Numbered from the stretch's first letter, positions 19,458-30,267 are shown. The stretch: 64,000 nt of DNA from an uncultured virus (IMG/VR IMGVR_UViG_3300033571_026375) (IMGVR_UViG_3300033571_026375:1-64000), one strand, 5' to 3'. Translations and numbers: made by a program. The notes: generated from the sequence alone by a model not told the origin.

Positions 19458-19844
19458 ATGTCAATTTTTAATCCAAGCAATATTTTTACTCAAAATACAA
19501 ACTCTCACGAAGAACAAGCAGAATTTTATGTACCAGCTGGACACGAAGACTATACGGAAAATTCTCTAACCAAAAGCTATGAAGACAACGACTATGTATG
19601 TGCAAAAAAAATTGTCAGAAATAATGGCACAGCTAAATATATGATTAAAATAGATAGAGCGTCCAAGTTTTTTAATCCTTTTTCTATCTATGATTCAGAG
19701 AATGTCACGACTTTCTTAGAAAGCGTATGTAGGTCTGATAAAAAATTCAAAGAAGTAAATGAAAAATCTTTTATGCTTTATGTCAAATTTTTAGCCAGTA
19801 AAAACATGGCTTTGCTAAATAATTCCGAAAGAGAGGACTTCTAA
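19458..19844 (+). CDS. hypothetical protein
   Basis: 128 aa ORF in a tightly packed operon. Confidence 0.7.
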   Translation: MSIFNPSNIFTQNTNSHEEQAEFYVPAGHEDYTENSLTKSYEDNDYVCAKKIVRNNGTAKYMIKIDRASKFFNPFSIYDSENVTTFLESVCRSDKKFKEVNEKSFMLYVKFLASKNMALLNNSEREDF

Positions 19845-19845
19845 T

Positions 19846-20172
19846 ATGTCTAAAAAATTAAATAATATTCAAAAATATGCCGTGATGTGGCTTAATTTTC
19901 AATCCTTGTCTGCTGAGAACATAAGTAAAGAAACAAAATTACCATTAGAGCAGGTGGTTAATCTTATACAAGAGCATACTGAGTCTAATATAAAAAAGGA
20001 ATCTCATGGTCCTGTCAATTCTCACATGAAACAAATGATGATTACTGAGAGCACAGCAAAAAGACAAAAAGTAGCTATTATGACCAAAGAAGCATCTCAA
20101 ATTAGTGATGAGCATAAGAAAAAGCATACTCCTGTTTCTACCGATAAGCCATATATTTTTAAGCAGCCATAA
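19846..20172 (+). CDS. hypothetical protein, possible N-terminal HTH
   Basis: SAENISKETKLPLEQV helix-turn-helix-like pattern. Confidence 0.6.
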   Translation: MSKKLNNIQKYAVMWLNFQSLSAENISKETKLPLEQVVNLIQEHTESNIKKESHGPVNSHMKQMMITESTAKRQKVAIMTKEASQISDEHKKKHTPVSTDKPYIFKQP

Positions 20173-20186
20173 GGATATAACGAACT

Positions 20187-20588
20187 ATGCATATTGACAT
20201 CAAGAGTATTCTCGATGATGAAGAACAAAAATTTTTGGATAAGATTCAAACTAAATATCAAGATCATATAAGTAAAATATATGAAGACAATATAGACAAA
20301 TTAAATACAGATATTAATAAGAATAACTCATCCGAACCCTATAATGTGGCAGAACCCAGCAGACATATAACAGATTATCAGAGGGAAATATTAATTAGAA
20401 CACTGGCTGAGATTTCCACAATAGACGATAATGGAAGATTAAAAGACATAGACGTATGCTTTGAAAACTTGTATCATATACCAGTGCCTCCTGATACAGA
20501 CTATAGACCTTTATTAGATCAATTCTTGTCTGTTTTTGAAAAAGATATAGGCCAGTGCGCAAAGAAAATTACCGAGAGTAATCAATAG
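20187..20588 (+). CDS. hypothetical protein
   Basis: 133 aa ORF; AAGGA RBS. Confidence 0.7.
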   Translation: MHIDIKSILDDEEQKFLDKIQTKYQDHISKIYEDNIDKLNTDINKNNSSEPYNVAEPSRHITDYQREILIRTLAEISTIDDNGRLKDIDVCFENLYHIPVPPDTDYRPLLDQFLSVFEKDIGQCAKKITESNQ

Positions 20589-20593
20589 ATATA

Positions 20594-21022
20594 ATGAAAT
20601 ACATATCTCGATACTCTAATAATAAAGAGGTATCAGCAGCACAATATATTACAGAAATTATATGTGAACAAAAAGCTAAAAAAGATAAAGTAGATTTACA
20701 TTATAGATTTTGGACCAATAAAAAATGGAGTCTATTTTACAGAAACCAGATAGGCACCGCAAATAAGCTGTTGCAAACATATAGTGCTAAAGCTATTATC
20801 AAGGCTCTGCTGAGTACAGAGGGTCAAAAAATTTTTTCTTTGCGAGCTCCTCACTTACCAGCTATGATACAAACAGCCGAGGTTCAGATTTCACAAGAGA
20901 ACCACACCCTCACTAAACAGATAGAAAGAAAAGATAGTATTGTATTCAAAGACTGTTCGAATTCGATTCATCATAAAAAAAATATTATATCTAGATTAGA
21001 GGACATAGACAATGACACTTAA
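20594..21022 (+). CDS. hypothetical protein
   Basis: 142 aa ORF overlapping the recA start. Confidence 0.7.
   Translation: MKYISRYSNNKEVSAAQYITEIICEQKAKKDKVDLHYRFWTNKKWSLFYRNQIGTANKLLQTYSAKAIIKALLSTEGQKIFSLRAPHLPAMIQTAEVQISQENHTLTKQIERKDSIVFKDCSNSIHHKKNIISRLEDIDNDT
20840..20868 (+). promoter_or_regulatory. possible internal sigma70 promoter upstream of recA
   Basis: TTGCGA-N17-TATGAT, about 145 nt before the recA ATG. Confidence 0.5.
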
Positions 21023-22031
21023 AGAGGATGTTAAGAAAAATTTTGGTTCGGATATTATGCTATCTGCTACTTCGATAGTTGATAGAGAATTAATAACCAT
21101 CCCAGTCAGTCCTGCACTAGATATAGTACTCAATGGGGGCATACCAGAAGGTAGTTTTGTTATTTTTACTGGACAACCAAAGTGCGGAAAAACCACTACT
21201 TCTCTCGATTTTGCCGCAACGGCTCAAAAAGAGCAGTATCGTGGGGATCTTAAAAAGGCCAGACATGTCTATTACCTGAATATAGAAGGCCGTCTTAAGA
21301 AAAGAGACTTAGAAGGTATACCCGGCTTAGATTTGGAAAGATTTGATGTAATAGGTTCTCAACAAGGTAAAATTTTACATGCAGAAGAATATCTTCAAAT
21401 AGCAGAAAGAATTATTAATGAAGAACCAGGATCTATTATCATTATCGATTCATATTCAGCATTGTGTACAGAAGCAGAAATTACTTCTGATATGGACAAA
21501 ATGCAACGAGCTGATGGTGCAAAATTATTAGCAAAGTTTTGTAGAAAAGTTGCTAATGTTATACCAGTAAATAAAAATATCGTAATAGGTATAACCCATC
21601 TAATGGGTAATCCCGGATACGGCAATGTAGAGTGGAAGGAAAAATCTGGACAGGCAATTGCATACCAAACCGACGTAAAATTAAAAGCTAAAATGTTTAC
21701 TGCTTGGCGAGCAACCGCTGATGGTCCGCAAATAGGACAAGAAATAGATTGGCAAGTACTTTGTTCGGCTCTTGGGCCACCAGGAGGAACTATCAAAAGC
21801 TACCTCAGGTACGGTTCTGGTATTGACAAGGCAATGGAACTGATTATGCTCTGTATAGATCTGGGCATAATAGCAAAGGGAGGAGCATGGTACACCGTAA
21901 CATCTGCAGAAGATAAGCCTAAATTTCAAGGCACAGAAAAATTACGTCAATTTGTGATAGATAATCCTACTGTTTATGATGCTCTTACCACAGAATTATA
22001 CCAAACAATGGGCATAAAATGCAGCAAGTAA
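21012..22031 (+). CDS. recA: RecA/UvsX-family recombinase
   Basis: LDIVLNGGIP, Walker A GQPKCGKTT, IIIDSYSAL, KGGAWY. Confidence 0.92.
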   Translation: MTLKEDVKKNFGSDIMLSATSIVDRELITIPVSPALDIVLNGGIPEGSFVIFTGQPKCGKTTTSLDFAATAQKEQYRGDLKKARHVYYLNIEGRLKKRDLEGIPGLDLERFDVIGSQQGKILHAEEYLQIAERIINEEPGSIIIIDSYSALCTEAEITSDMDKMQRADGAKLLAKFCRKVANVIPVNKNIVIGITHLMGNPGYGNVEWKEKSGQAIAYQTDVKLKAKMFTAWRATADGPQIGQEIDWQVLCSALGPPGGTIKSYLRYGSGIDKAMELIMLCIDLGIIAKGGAWYTVTSAEDKPKFQGTEKLRQFVIDNPTVYDALTTELYQTMGIKCSK

Positions 22032-22432
22032 TAGATCTTGATGGTAATATACAAAATTGGAGCTTGTCTGGAGGCATATCTCATGGTCATACTTATAATA
22101 ATAAATCAGACTTGCATTTAACCGCTAGGACCCTAGTAAAAGAATGTTATCCTACTTTGCAAATTCTCGAAGAGGTTCCGATATCAATCAGAAGATCAGA
22201 AACTTTATATCTAGATTTTTACTTACCGCTAACTAAAAAATGTATAGAAGTACACGGAGAACAACATTACAAGTTTGTGGGCTTTTTCCATGTTAACCAA
22301 ATGGGCTTTGCTAAGCATAAAAAAAGAGACGCTGAAAAAAAAGAATGGTGCGAAATCAATAATATCAGATATATAGAACTACCGTATAATGAAACTCCAG
22401 ACGAATGGAAACAAAGGCTATTGAATGAATAA
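22019..22432 (+). CDS. Vsr/DUF559-like PD-(D/E)XK endonuclease
   Basis: LDFYLP...IEVHGEQHY...RDAEKKEWC. Confidence 0.75.
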   Translation: MQQVIDLDGNIQNWSLSGGISHGHTYNNKSDLHLTARTLVKECYPTLQILEEVPISIRRSETLYLDFYLPLTKKCIEVHGEQHYKFVGFFHVNQMGFAKHKKRDAEKKEWCEINNIRYIELPYNETPDEWKQRLLNE

Positions 22433-22916
22433 AACATCAAAAGAAGAAGTATCAGAATGGGATAAGATTCTGGATGAATATGAATCTAGTATAGGTCTGA
22501 ACAAATATATTAGTGATACTTTACCAGAAACAGAGCTAAACCAATATCTCACAATGTCACGAGATATCTTAGAAAAGTTAACCACAGAAGATTGTGGACA
22601 AATAGCATATCGGCTTGGACAATTTGCTTTTCATGTGCAGCGAACATTGAACCGAGAAATAGCTAGAATTAATTGGGCAGAAGAAACGCTCAAAGAGGTT
22701 ATAGCCGATGATATCAATAATTATAAAGGCTATGGCTATGTAGAAAAATCTTCGCAGGCTATCAAACATAATGACAGAGCATCTTCTCTAAACAAAATTA
22801 AAAAATTTGCCAAACAACGAGCAGATAGGCTCACATATTTAGCCACATCTATAAAAAATTTATCCGACATTTTGATATCAATACAAAAAAGTAAAGGGAT
22901 GAAATATAATGGATAA
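22425..22916 (+). CDS. helical protein, possibly a UvsY-like recombination mediator
   Basis: All-helical composition and position next to recA; function is inference only. Confidence 0.45.
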   Translation: MNKTSKEEVSEWDKILDEYESSIGLNKYISDTLPETELNQYLTMSRDILEKLTTEDCGQIAYRLGQFAFHVQRTLNREIARINWAEETLKEVIADDINNYKGYGYVEKSSQAIKHNDRASSLNKIKKFAKQRADRLTYLATSIKNLSDILISIQKSKGMKYNG

Positions 22917-23292
22917 TTTAACGCCAGAACAAATTACTCAAATGATTGCGATGTTGCAGTCTATGTTGCCTCAACAAAAGGAACCAGTTTCTTCTGGTGA
23001 CCATGAATTAGAAACAATTGATGCTAGTCCTATCAAAACAAAAACCAATAGACGGACGCCCGGAAATTTTGCCAATAAATTTGACAGTATGATGGAGGCA
23101 CAACTACATAAAGCAGATACTGCAATCGATAAGGCACTATCTGTATATGGCCCAACTCCTAGATCAAGAAAATTCGAACCTGTATCCGTTAAGTGCAGGG
23201 TTTGTGGCAGAACAGAGGAAATAAATCCAAATCTTTTATCGGAAGCGAAAGAGAGATACAAGTGTAATGCTTGTGCCAGGAGTCCAGGATGA
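22909..23292 (+). CDS. hypothetical protein with C-terminal zinc ribbon
   Basis: CRVCG...CNAC. Confidence 0.7.
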   Translation: MDNLTPEQITQMIAMLQSMLPQQKEPVSSGDHELETIDASPIKTKTNRRTPGNFANKFDSMMEAQLHKADTAIDKALSVYGPTPRSRKFEPVSVKCRVCGRTEEINPNLLSEAKERYKCNACARSPG

Positions 23293-24755
23293 TACTTTGT
23301 GATACAGCAGCAGAGAGAGCTGTTTTGGCGGGAATATCTGTATATGGGGATGAAAGCTATTTAGAGATAGCCGACCTGATACAAGAAAGCACTTTTACTG
23401 TAGATAGCAATAAGATTATCTATAGATGCTTAAAACATATTTTTGATCAAGAACATCGTCCTAAGATCGACGTTGCCACTATTTTATCTGCTTCTTCGGA
23501 ACTGGGTTTATCTCACTTTTTTAACAAAAAAGAAGAAACACAACACCTTAAAGCTATTCTAGATTTTCCTGTCAATAGTGAAAATATTAGAAAATTTGCA
23601 GCAAAAATTAGAAAGCTAGAAATCGCTAGGCTTCTAAGAAACCAGCTAGAAAAAGCGCAGGATAAAATCTTAGATGTTACAGGAACGGAGAGTGTAGGTT
23701 CGATACTTGGCATAGCAGAGGATGCCATTTTTGATTTTTCGTCGTTGCTAAATGATTCTGATTCTGGACCGGAAAGCATAGCCTCTAATTTAGACGAATA
23801 TATAGATCAACTCATAAATAATCCCATAGATCAAGTGGGTATCCCGACAGGGTTTCCTGCATATGATAATGCAATAGGTGGTGGTCTTAGAAAAAGCACC
23901 ATAAACGTTATTGCTGCACGACCCAAAACAGGTAAAACCTTGTTGTCTGATAATATAGGATTTTATATTGCCAATAAACTAAAAATTCCTGTGCTCAATA
24001 TGGATACAGAAATGACCAAGGAAGATCATGTTAATCGTGTTATTGCTATGATGACAGAGATGGAAATAAACCATATAGAAACCGGAAAATTTGCCGAGTC
24101 TGCCAGCAAGTTAGAAAAAATCAAGGTCGCAACGGCTGATCTTAAACAAACTCCTTTGTATTACAAATCTATTGCAGGCAAGCCCTTTGAGGATCAACTA
24201 GCCATAATGAGACGATGGATAGTCAAAGAGGTTGGCCTTAATCCAGATGGCTCCGCTAAAGATTGTGTAATTTTTTATGATTATCTTAAATTGATGGACA
24301 CCCAAGGTATGTCACAAGACTTAAAAGAATACCAGGTTCTTGGTTTTATGATGACATCATTGCATAATTTTGCCAGTAAATATAAAATTCCTATTGTTGC
24401 TTTTGTTCAATTAAATAGAGATGGTATCTCTAAAGAAAGCACAGATACCGCATCTGGCTCGGATAGAATTATATGGTTGTGTAGCAATTTCAGTATATTC
24501 AAAAGAAAAACACCAGAGGAAATCGCAGAAGATGGTCCGGATAATGGAAATAGGAAGCTCGTACCGCTTGTGAGCCGACATGGTGGCGGACTCGACGACA
24601 ACGATTATATTAATTGTCACATGAAGGGCTGGTGCGCCAAGATCACTGAAGGTCAAACCAAACTTGAACTAATGAAGAACAGCGGATCCCGCTCTAACGG
24701 ATTTATTATCGATGAAAACAATGAAAAAAACGAATCAGAAATCCCATTTGAATGA
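23289..24755 (+). CDS. dnaB: replicative DNA helicase
   Basis: AERAVL, GIPTGF, AARPKTGKT, DYLKL, QLNR; likely start ATG 23289. Confidence 0.95.
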   Translation: MILCDTAAERAVLAGISVYGDESYLEIADLIQESTFTVDSNKIIYRCLKHIFDQEHRPKIDVATILSASSELGLSHFFNKKEETQHLKAILDFPVNSENIRKFAAKIRKLEIARLLRNQLEKAQDKILDVTGTESVGSILGIAEDAIFDFSSLLNDSDSGPESIASNLDEYIDQLINNPIDQVGIPTGFPAYDNAIGGGLRKSTINVIAARPKTGKTLLSDNIGFYIANKLKIPVLNMDTEMTKEDHVNRVIAMMTEMEINHIETGKFAESASKLEKIKVATADLKQTPLYYKSIAGKPFEDQLAIMRRWIVKEVGLNPDGSAKDCVIFYDYLKLMDTQGMSQDLKEYQVLGFMMTSLHNFASKYKIPIVAFVQLNRDGISKESTDTASGSDRIIWLCSNFSIFKRKTPEEIAEDGPDNGNRKLVPLVSRHGGGLDDNDYINCHMKGWCAKITEGQTKLELMKNSGSRSNGFIIDENNEKNESEIPFE

Positions 24756-25875
24756 TCAAGCAAAACTTAAAATTTTGTGCGATAATCTTTGTGATAATAT
24801 AGAAGAACTACTAAATCATTTTTCTTTAGAATACAAAACATCCTCTAAAATGATTTCTATGGCTTGTCCTATACATGGAGGAGATAATATAAGTGCCATA
24901 AATCTTTATGTGCAAGGAGATTCTTATAGGGGTAATTGGAAGTGCAGAACTCATAATTGTGAACAAATTTTTAAAGGTTCTATACTAGGTTTTGTGAGAG
25001 GCATTTTATCTCATTCCAAATATGATTGGTCAAAAGATGGTGATGAAGCATGCTCTTTTAAAGAAACTATAGATTTTGTTTCTAAATTTCTCAATAAAAA
25101 TTTAGCAGATATTAAAATCTCTACTACTCATAGAAATAAGCAACAGTTTACATCCATTATTAACCAGATGTCGAATCCTCGCATGTCTGAAAAAACCAAT
25201 CATCCCAATAGAGATACTGTCAGAAAAAATTTGATTATTCCATCCGAGTATTTTATTAATAGAGGATTTTCTAAAGAGATTTTAGATAAATATGATATAG
25301 GCTTATGTAATAAGCCAAATAAAGAAATGTATAATAGAGTGGTTGCTCCTATATATGATAATAAGCATGAGTATATGATTGGATGCTCAGGCAGAAGTAT
25401 ATATGAGAAGTGTAACGACTGCCATCTGTTTCACGATCCTATACTAGCGTGTCCCAAAGAAGAATACAAATATATGTATTCTAAATGGAAACACAGCTTA
25501 AATTTTAAAAGTCAAAATCACTTATATAACTATTGGTTTGCAAAAGATCATATACACAAAGATCAATATGTTATTATTGTAGAGAGTCCGGGTAATGTAT
25601 GGAGACTAGAAGAAGCCGGTATTCATCACAGCGTTGCCATTTTCGGCTCATCTATTAGTGATCGTCAAAAAATGATTCTTGATGGATCAGGAGCGATGAG
25701 CGTGTTCGTTTTGGCCGATAATGATGAAGCAGGAAAAAAAGCAGCAGAACAAATTAGATCAAAATGTCAAAATACATACAAAGTTATTATACCCGATAAT
25801 ATCCGAAAAAATGATATAGGAGAAATGACAATAGAAGAGATTAAACAAGATATTCTCCCTCTATTGCCTAACTAA
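24712..25875 (+). CDS. dnaG: DNA primase
   Basis: CPIHGGD...WKC..HNC zinc finger; IVESPGN and DNDEAG TOPRIM motifs. Confidence 0.9.
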   Translation: MKTMKKTNQKSHLNDQAKLKILCDNLCDNIEELLNHFSLEYKTSSKMISMACPIHGGDNISAINLYVQGDSYRGNWKCRTHNCEQIFKGSILGFVRGILSHSKYDWSKDGDEACSFKETIDFVSKFLNKNLADIKISTTHRNKQQFTSIINQMSNPRMSEKTNHPNRDTVRKNLIIPSEYFINRGFSKEILDKYDIGLCNKPNKEMYNRVVAPIYDNKHEYMIGCSGRSIYEKCNDCHLFHDPILACPKEEYKYMYSKWKHSLNFKSQNHLYNYWFAKDHIHKDQYVIIVESPGNVWRLEEAGIHHSVAIFGSSISDRQKMILDGSGAMSVFVLADNDEAGKKAAEQIRSKCQNTYKVIIPDNIRKNDIGEMTIEEIKQDILPLLPN

Positions 25876-25880
25876 TTTTT

Positions 25881-26462
25881 ATGACACATATTATAGCTTT
25901 CGCCGGTAAAAAACAATCTGGTAAAACAACATCCGCTGAGTTTGTGGTATCTTTATATCCCGATCTCAAATGTTGTATCTATAATTTCGCTGATCCACTC
26001 AAAAAAAATATTTGTATGGATATTTTAGGATTGACATATGATCAATGCTACGGTTCTGATGCTCAAAAAAATGAGCTAGTCGATTGTTACTGGCAAAAAC
26101 AACAAATGACCTCACGAGAAGTTATGCAGTTTGTTGGCACCGATATTTTTCGAAATATACAAACTGATGTATGGGCCAATGCTACTATTAATAAAATTCA
26201 TAGAGATAACGTGGATTTGGCCATTATCGCAGATTGTCGATTTCCCAACGAGGTGTCCGCTATAAAAAAGGCTGGTGGTTGCATTATCAAATTAAATAGA
26301 AACCCTTATAGCTCAAACCATGAGAGTGAGATAGCGCTCGACGCCCCTGGATACGATCATTCTGTATTTGATTTGGTAATAGAGAACCACGATATTAAAA
26401 TACCAGAGCAAAATACAATTATAGCTCAATTTTTGACCCAATTACTAAAGGACAAAATATGA
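25881..26462 (+). CDS. deoxynucleoside monophosphate kinase
   Basis: AGKKQSGKTT, FADPLK, REVMQFVGT, DCRFPNE. Confidence 0.88.
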   Translation: MTHIIAFAGKKQSGKTTSAEFVVSLYPDLKCCIYNFADPLKKNICMDILGLTYDQCYGSDAQKNELVDCYWQKQQMTSREVMQFVGTDIFRNIQTDVWANATINKIHRDNVDLAIIADCRFPNEVSAIKKAGGCIIKLNRNPYSSNHESEIALDAPGYDHSVFDLVIENHDIKIPEQNTIIAQFLTQLLKDKI

Positions 26463-27502
26463 TTGTTACATATATACGCAGTTCCAGTTATGGAACTCAT
26501 TCTTTTTGTCCTATGCAATATTTTATAGAATATAACCTAGGTATAAAATCGCCATCCAATAAAAAAGCAGATAAGGGCACAATATGCCATAAGGTTTTTG
26601 AAATTTTGGCAGAAATCAAGATGTGTACACAACAAGGCAGACCATATTTTTATGATGATATTGTTAATCAAGTAGATGTCAAGAACTATAATTTAGACAC
26701 TATTATAGAACAGGTTTACCAATATTATACTAGTTTATTTACTCATCATGCATGGTCTAGCACGGACTATAAAGATTGTTATAAGTGGGTATATAAAGCT
26801 TTAGAACATAATAATGGAATGTTCGATCCTAGACAACGAGATATAGTTCAACCCGAACAACATTTCGATATAGAAATAAAAAAAGATTGGGCAAAATATG
26901 ACTATCTCACCAAAGAAGGGCGACTCACAGGTAATTTGGCTATCAAAGGAACTATCGATCTTATTACCAAAGTTAACGACGATACACTAGAAGTGATCGA
27001 CTGGAAAACAGGGAAAAGATTAGATTGGGCAACCGGAGAGGAAAAAACTCTAGATAAATTACATAGAGACGCTCAATTAATGTTATATTATTATGCCATT
27101 AAGCAGTTGTATCCTGCTATTAAGCATGTGATTGTATCTATTAATTTTATAAATGATGGCGGAATGTTTTCTGTTTGTTTTGACGACTCTCATCTTCATC
27201 AAGTAGAAATGATGCTAAAAAATAAATTTGATAGTATCAGAAATACTACAAATCCACAACTCAATAAAAGTTGGAAATGCACTAAATTATGTCATTTTGG
27301 TAAAAATACATTCGAGAATAGTGAGCATTTACCGATCATAGAATACAGATCGAAGCAAGTTACTCCGATTGACAAACATATGACACAGTGTGAACAAATA
27401 AAACATGAAATAGACTTACACGGAATGGAATATGCCATTGACACATACCAGCGCGAAGGCTATAATATCGGTCAATACAAAGCGCCCGGTTCTGCCGAAT
27501 AA
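26459..27502 (+). CDS. RecB/Cas4-like PD-(D/E)XK exonuclease
   Basis: N-terminal CP, GTICH, GTIDL, IDWKTG, QLMLY, C-terminal Cys cluster. Confidence 0.85.
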   Translation: MIVTYIRSSSYGTHSFCPMQYFIEYNLGIKSPSNKKADKGTICHKVFEILAEIKMCTQQGRPYFYDDIVNQVDVKNYNLDTIIEQVYQYYTSLFTHHAWSSTDYKDCYKWVYKALEHNNGMFDPRQRDIVQPEQHFDIEIKKDWAKYDYLTKEGRLTGNLAIKGTIDLITKVNDDTLEVIDWKTGKRLDWATGEEKTLDKLHRDAQLMLYYYAIKQLYPAIKHVIVSINFINDGGMFSVCFDDSHLHQVEMMLKNKFDSIRNTTNPQLNKSWKCTKLCHFGKNTFENSEHLPIIEYRSKQVTPIDKHMTQCEQIKHEIDLHGMEYAIDTYQREGYNIGQYKAPGSAE

Positions 27503-29376
27503 TGAAGAAATACATTCCTCTCCATGTGCATTCAATGTACAGCCTATTGGATGGACTATCCAAACCGTCTCAGATCGCTTCTCGCTGTTTGGAGATAGGT
27601 GCCAAATCCTGTGCTCTTACCGATCATGGTAATATAGCTGGCGCTATTAAATTTTATACAGAAATGAGACGAAATGGCATCAAGCCGATTTTGGGCTGTG
27701 AATTATACATTTCGTCACAAGATGCTGCCATACAGGACAAATCGAATAAAAAATTAAGCCATCTTTTAGTATTAGCAAAAAACTATGATGGATGGAAAAA
27801 CTTGATACAGATAGTGTCAGAATCAAACAAGCCAGACCTATATTACCACAGACCTAGGCTAGATCTTGATAGATTAGGGCATTTAGTTAATGGCAATCTG
27901 ATAGCTATATGCGGACACTTAGGCTCTGTTTTGTCTGATAAATTGATAGATAGTGATAAAATCATATCCGACTGGAAAAATATTGGATCTCAAAATATAC
28001 ATAAGTTGCAAGATGTATTTGGTAAGGAAAATGTTTTCTTGGAAAGTCAATTGATGGATAAGCATAATTTGACTATTCAAGTACATTTGACGGAGTGTAT
28101 TAGGGAATTATCTAAGATTACAAATACCAAAGTGGTCTGCACACCAGATGCCCATTATTGTAGAAAAGAAGATGCGGTAGATCAAAGAATCCTATTATGC
28201 AATAATTTAAAAACAACATTTCCAGAGATCAATAAAAAATTATCAAATTCCGAGGATATAGGTTTATCAGCCTTTTTCCTATCTGATAATTTTCATATAC
28301 TATCACAAGATGAAATACGAACCCTTCATACCGAAGAAGAAATAGAGAATACGAATTATATAGATTCTTTATGTGAAGAATACAATATCTTGAGCAAGCC
28401 TAATTTACCTCCGTTCTCTTGTCCTCAGGGTTATGATGATGCAGAATATCTCAGAGAGTTGTGTAGAAAAGGATGGAAAGAAAAAATAGTTCCACTAGTA
28501 GATAAAGAACAACATGGCGCATATGTAGATAGAATCAAATACGAACTAGAAGTTCTACAAGGTGCTGACCTATCTAGCTATTTTCTAATAGTGCAGGATA
28601 TAGTGAACTATGTAAGAAGCAATAACTGGCTTCCCGGGCCGGGCAGAGGAAGTGCTGCTGGTTGTTTGGTCTCCTATTTAATAGGTATTACCAATATAGA
28701 TCCAATTAAGTATAATCTAATGTTTGATAGATTTTATAATGCTGGTAGAAATACTGCAGAACATATCTCTATGCCAGATATAGATGTTGATGTTCCTATC
28801 AATCAAAGAGAAAATATTATCGAATATATTAAAAAGAAATATGGACATGATAAAGTTTCTCAGATGATTACGTTTAATACAATCAAAGGAAGAGGAGCCT
28901 TGAAAGATGTATTGCGTGTTTATGGTAATATTTCTTTCGATGAAATGAACAATATCACCAAGCACATACCAGATGAAGCTAAAATAGCTGACGATCTACA
29001 AGAAATGAAAGAAGAAACGGGAGAAGCGTCTATTATACGCTGGGCATTAGAAAATAATGGAGATAAATTAAAAGATTGGTGCTATTTAGATGAGAATCAA
29101 CAATTACAAGGACCACTTGCCAAAAGGTTCGAACAGGCTATAAGATTAGAGGGCACGAAATCTAATCAATCCAAGCATGCCGCCGGCATAGCCATCAGCT
29201 CCCATGCTTTAAAAGATATATGTCCTATGGTGTACGATGTAAAAAATGAGCAAACGATAGCCGGTATGGAGATGCAAGATTTAGAATCTTTGGGTATAAT
29301 AAAGTTTGACATATTGGGAGTTGCTATGTTAGATAAAATTATGACTATACAAGATATTTTAAAAAAGGGAGAATAA
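27502..29376 (+). CDS. dnaE: DNA polymerase III alpha, N-terminal part (PHP + palm/thumb)
   Basis: HVHSMYSLLDG, TDHG, DAHY, GRGSAAG, PDIDVD, HAAG, KFDILG, then stop. Confidence 0.95.
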   Translation: MKKYIPLHVHSMYSLLDGLSKPSQIASRCLEIGAKSCALTDHGNIAGAIKFYTEMRRNGIKPILGCELYISSQDAAIQDKSNKKLSHLLVLAKNYDGWKNLIQIVSESNKPDLYYHRPRLDLDRLGHLVNGNLIAICGHLGSVLSDKLIDSDKIISDWKNIGSQNIHKLQDVFGKENVFLESQLMDKHNLTIQVHLTECIRELSKITNTKVVCTPDAHYCRKEDAVDQRILLCNNLKTTFPEINKKLSNSEDIGLSAFFLSDNFHILSQDEIRTLHTEEEIENTNYIDSLCEEYNILSKPNLPPFSCPQGYDDAEYLRELCRKGWKEKIVPLVDKEQHGAYVDRIKYELEVLQGADLSSYFLIVQDIVNYVRSNNWLPGPGRGSAAGCLVSYLIGITNIDPIKYNLMFDRFYNAGRNTAEHISMPDIDVDVPINQRENIIEYIKKKYGHDKVSQMITFNTIKGRGALKDVLRVYGNISFDEMNNITKHIPDEAKIADDLQEMKEETGEASIIRWALENNGDKLKDWCYLDENQQLQGPLAKRFEQAIRLEGTKSNQSKHAAGIAISSHALKDICPMVYDVKNEQTIAGMEMQDLESLGIIKFDILGVAMLDKIMTIQDILKKGE

Positions 29377-29377
29377 A

Positions 29378-29563
29378 ATGACAAGAATGGCAGATTTAAA
29401 AAATGGTGATAAATTTTTATACAATCAACAAGAATACCTGAGAATACCAGACGAAAGATTGAGTTGCTGCAAAGTATTTAATGCTCAGTCTGTTGCTACG
29501 GGAGAAAAGATACAAGTTGTGCCCATTACAGAGGTGGAAGTAATTCAATCTAATAACTCATGA
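29378..29563 (+). CDS. small hypothetical beta-rich protein inside the split dnaE locus
   Basis: 61 aa; GGGAG RBS; DLKNGDKF start typical of small beta-barrels. Confidence 0.7.
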   Translation: MTRMADLKNGDKFLYNQQEYLRIPDERLSCCKVFNAQSVATGEKIQVVPITEVEVIQSNNS

Positions 29564-30267
29564 TAAACTACAATAAAATATGTGTCTTTGATTTTGAGAC
29601 GGACGGCTCCGATCCTACTCAATGTAGTCCTGTTCAGATAGCCTCGGTGATAATTGATCCAATATCTCTAGAGATTATTCCAGATTCAGAATTTAATATT
29701 TACTTCAAGCCCGAAGTTTTGGAAAAAAATCCTGAGTATGTATATGAAACTGATATCTTGGATTTTCATGCCAAAGTTAAGGGTTCTTCCAAAAAAGAAG
29801 TACTGGACGAATGGCTCAAGTATCCTCCTCAAGAACAATCCTGGAAAATGTTTACAGAATATTTAACAAAATACCATAGTAGAAGTTCTAAGAAAAATCA
29901 ATTTTCTGCGCCGCTACCAGCTGGATACAATATTAATCGCTTTGATCTAAAAATTATTGATAGATTAAGTCAGAAATATGGGGATACCAATAAAGAAGGT
30001 AATAGCAATATTTTCTTTCAAAGAGATGTTATAGATATTATGAACTTAGTATTTTATTGGTTTGAACAAAATAACGATCTTAAAAGCTATTCTATGGATA
30101 ATCTTAGAGATTATCTAGGCATAGATAAAAAAGGTGCTCATGATGCTCTTAAAGATGTTAAGGACTGTGCAGAGATACTGATGAGATTTCTAAAACTTCA
30201 TCGTAATGTATCTCAAAAGGTTAAGTTCAAAGATTCATTTGTATCGTCGTCAAATAAACATGCCTAA
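29560..30267 (+). CDS. DEDDh 3'-5' exonuclease (DnaQ/epsilon-like)
   Basis: FDFETDG (ExoI), GYNINRFD (ExoII), HDALKD (ExoIII). Confidence 0.9.
   Translation: MINYNKICVFDFETDGSDPTQCSPVQIASVIIDPISLEIIPDSEFNIYFKPEVLEKNPEYVYETDILDFHAKVKGSSKKEVLDEWLKYPPQEQSWKMFTEYLTKYHSRSSKKNQFSAPLPAGYNINRFDLKIIDRLSQKYGDTNKEGNSNIFFQRDVIDIMNLVFYWFEQNNDLKSYSMDNLRDYLGIDKKGAHDALKDVKDCAEILMRFLKLHRNVSQKVKFKDSFVSSSNKHA

Noticed and set aside
26459..27502. Cas4 as part of a CRISPR-Cas system
   Set aside because: No repeat-spacer array or other cas genes seen; stand-alone RecB/Cas4-like nucleases are common in phage replication modules.
29377..30259. Self-splicing intron, intein or mobile element interrupting dnaE
   Set aside because: The interval is fully occupied by two coupled ORFs; no homing nuclease, reverse transcriptase, intein motifs or room for a ribozyme core.
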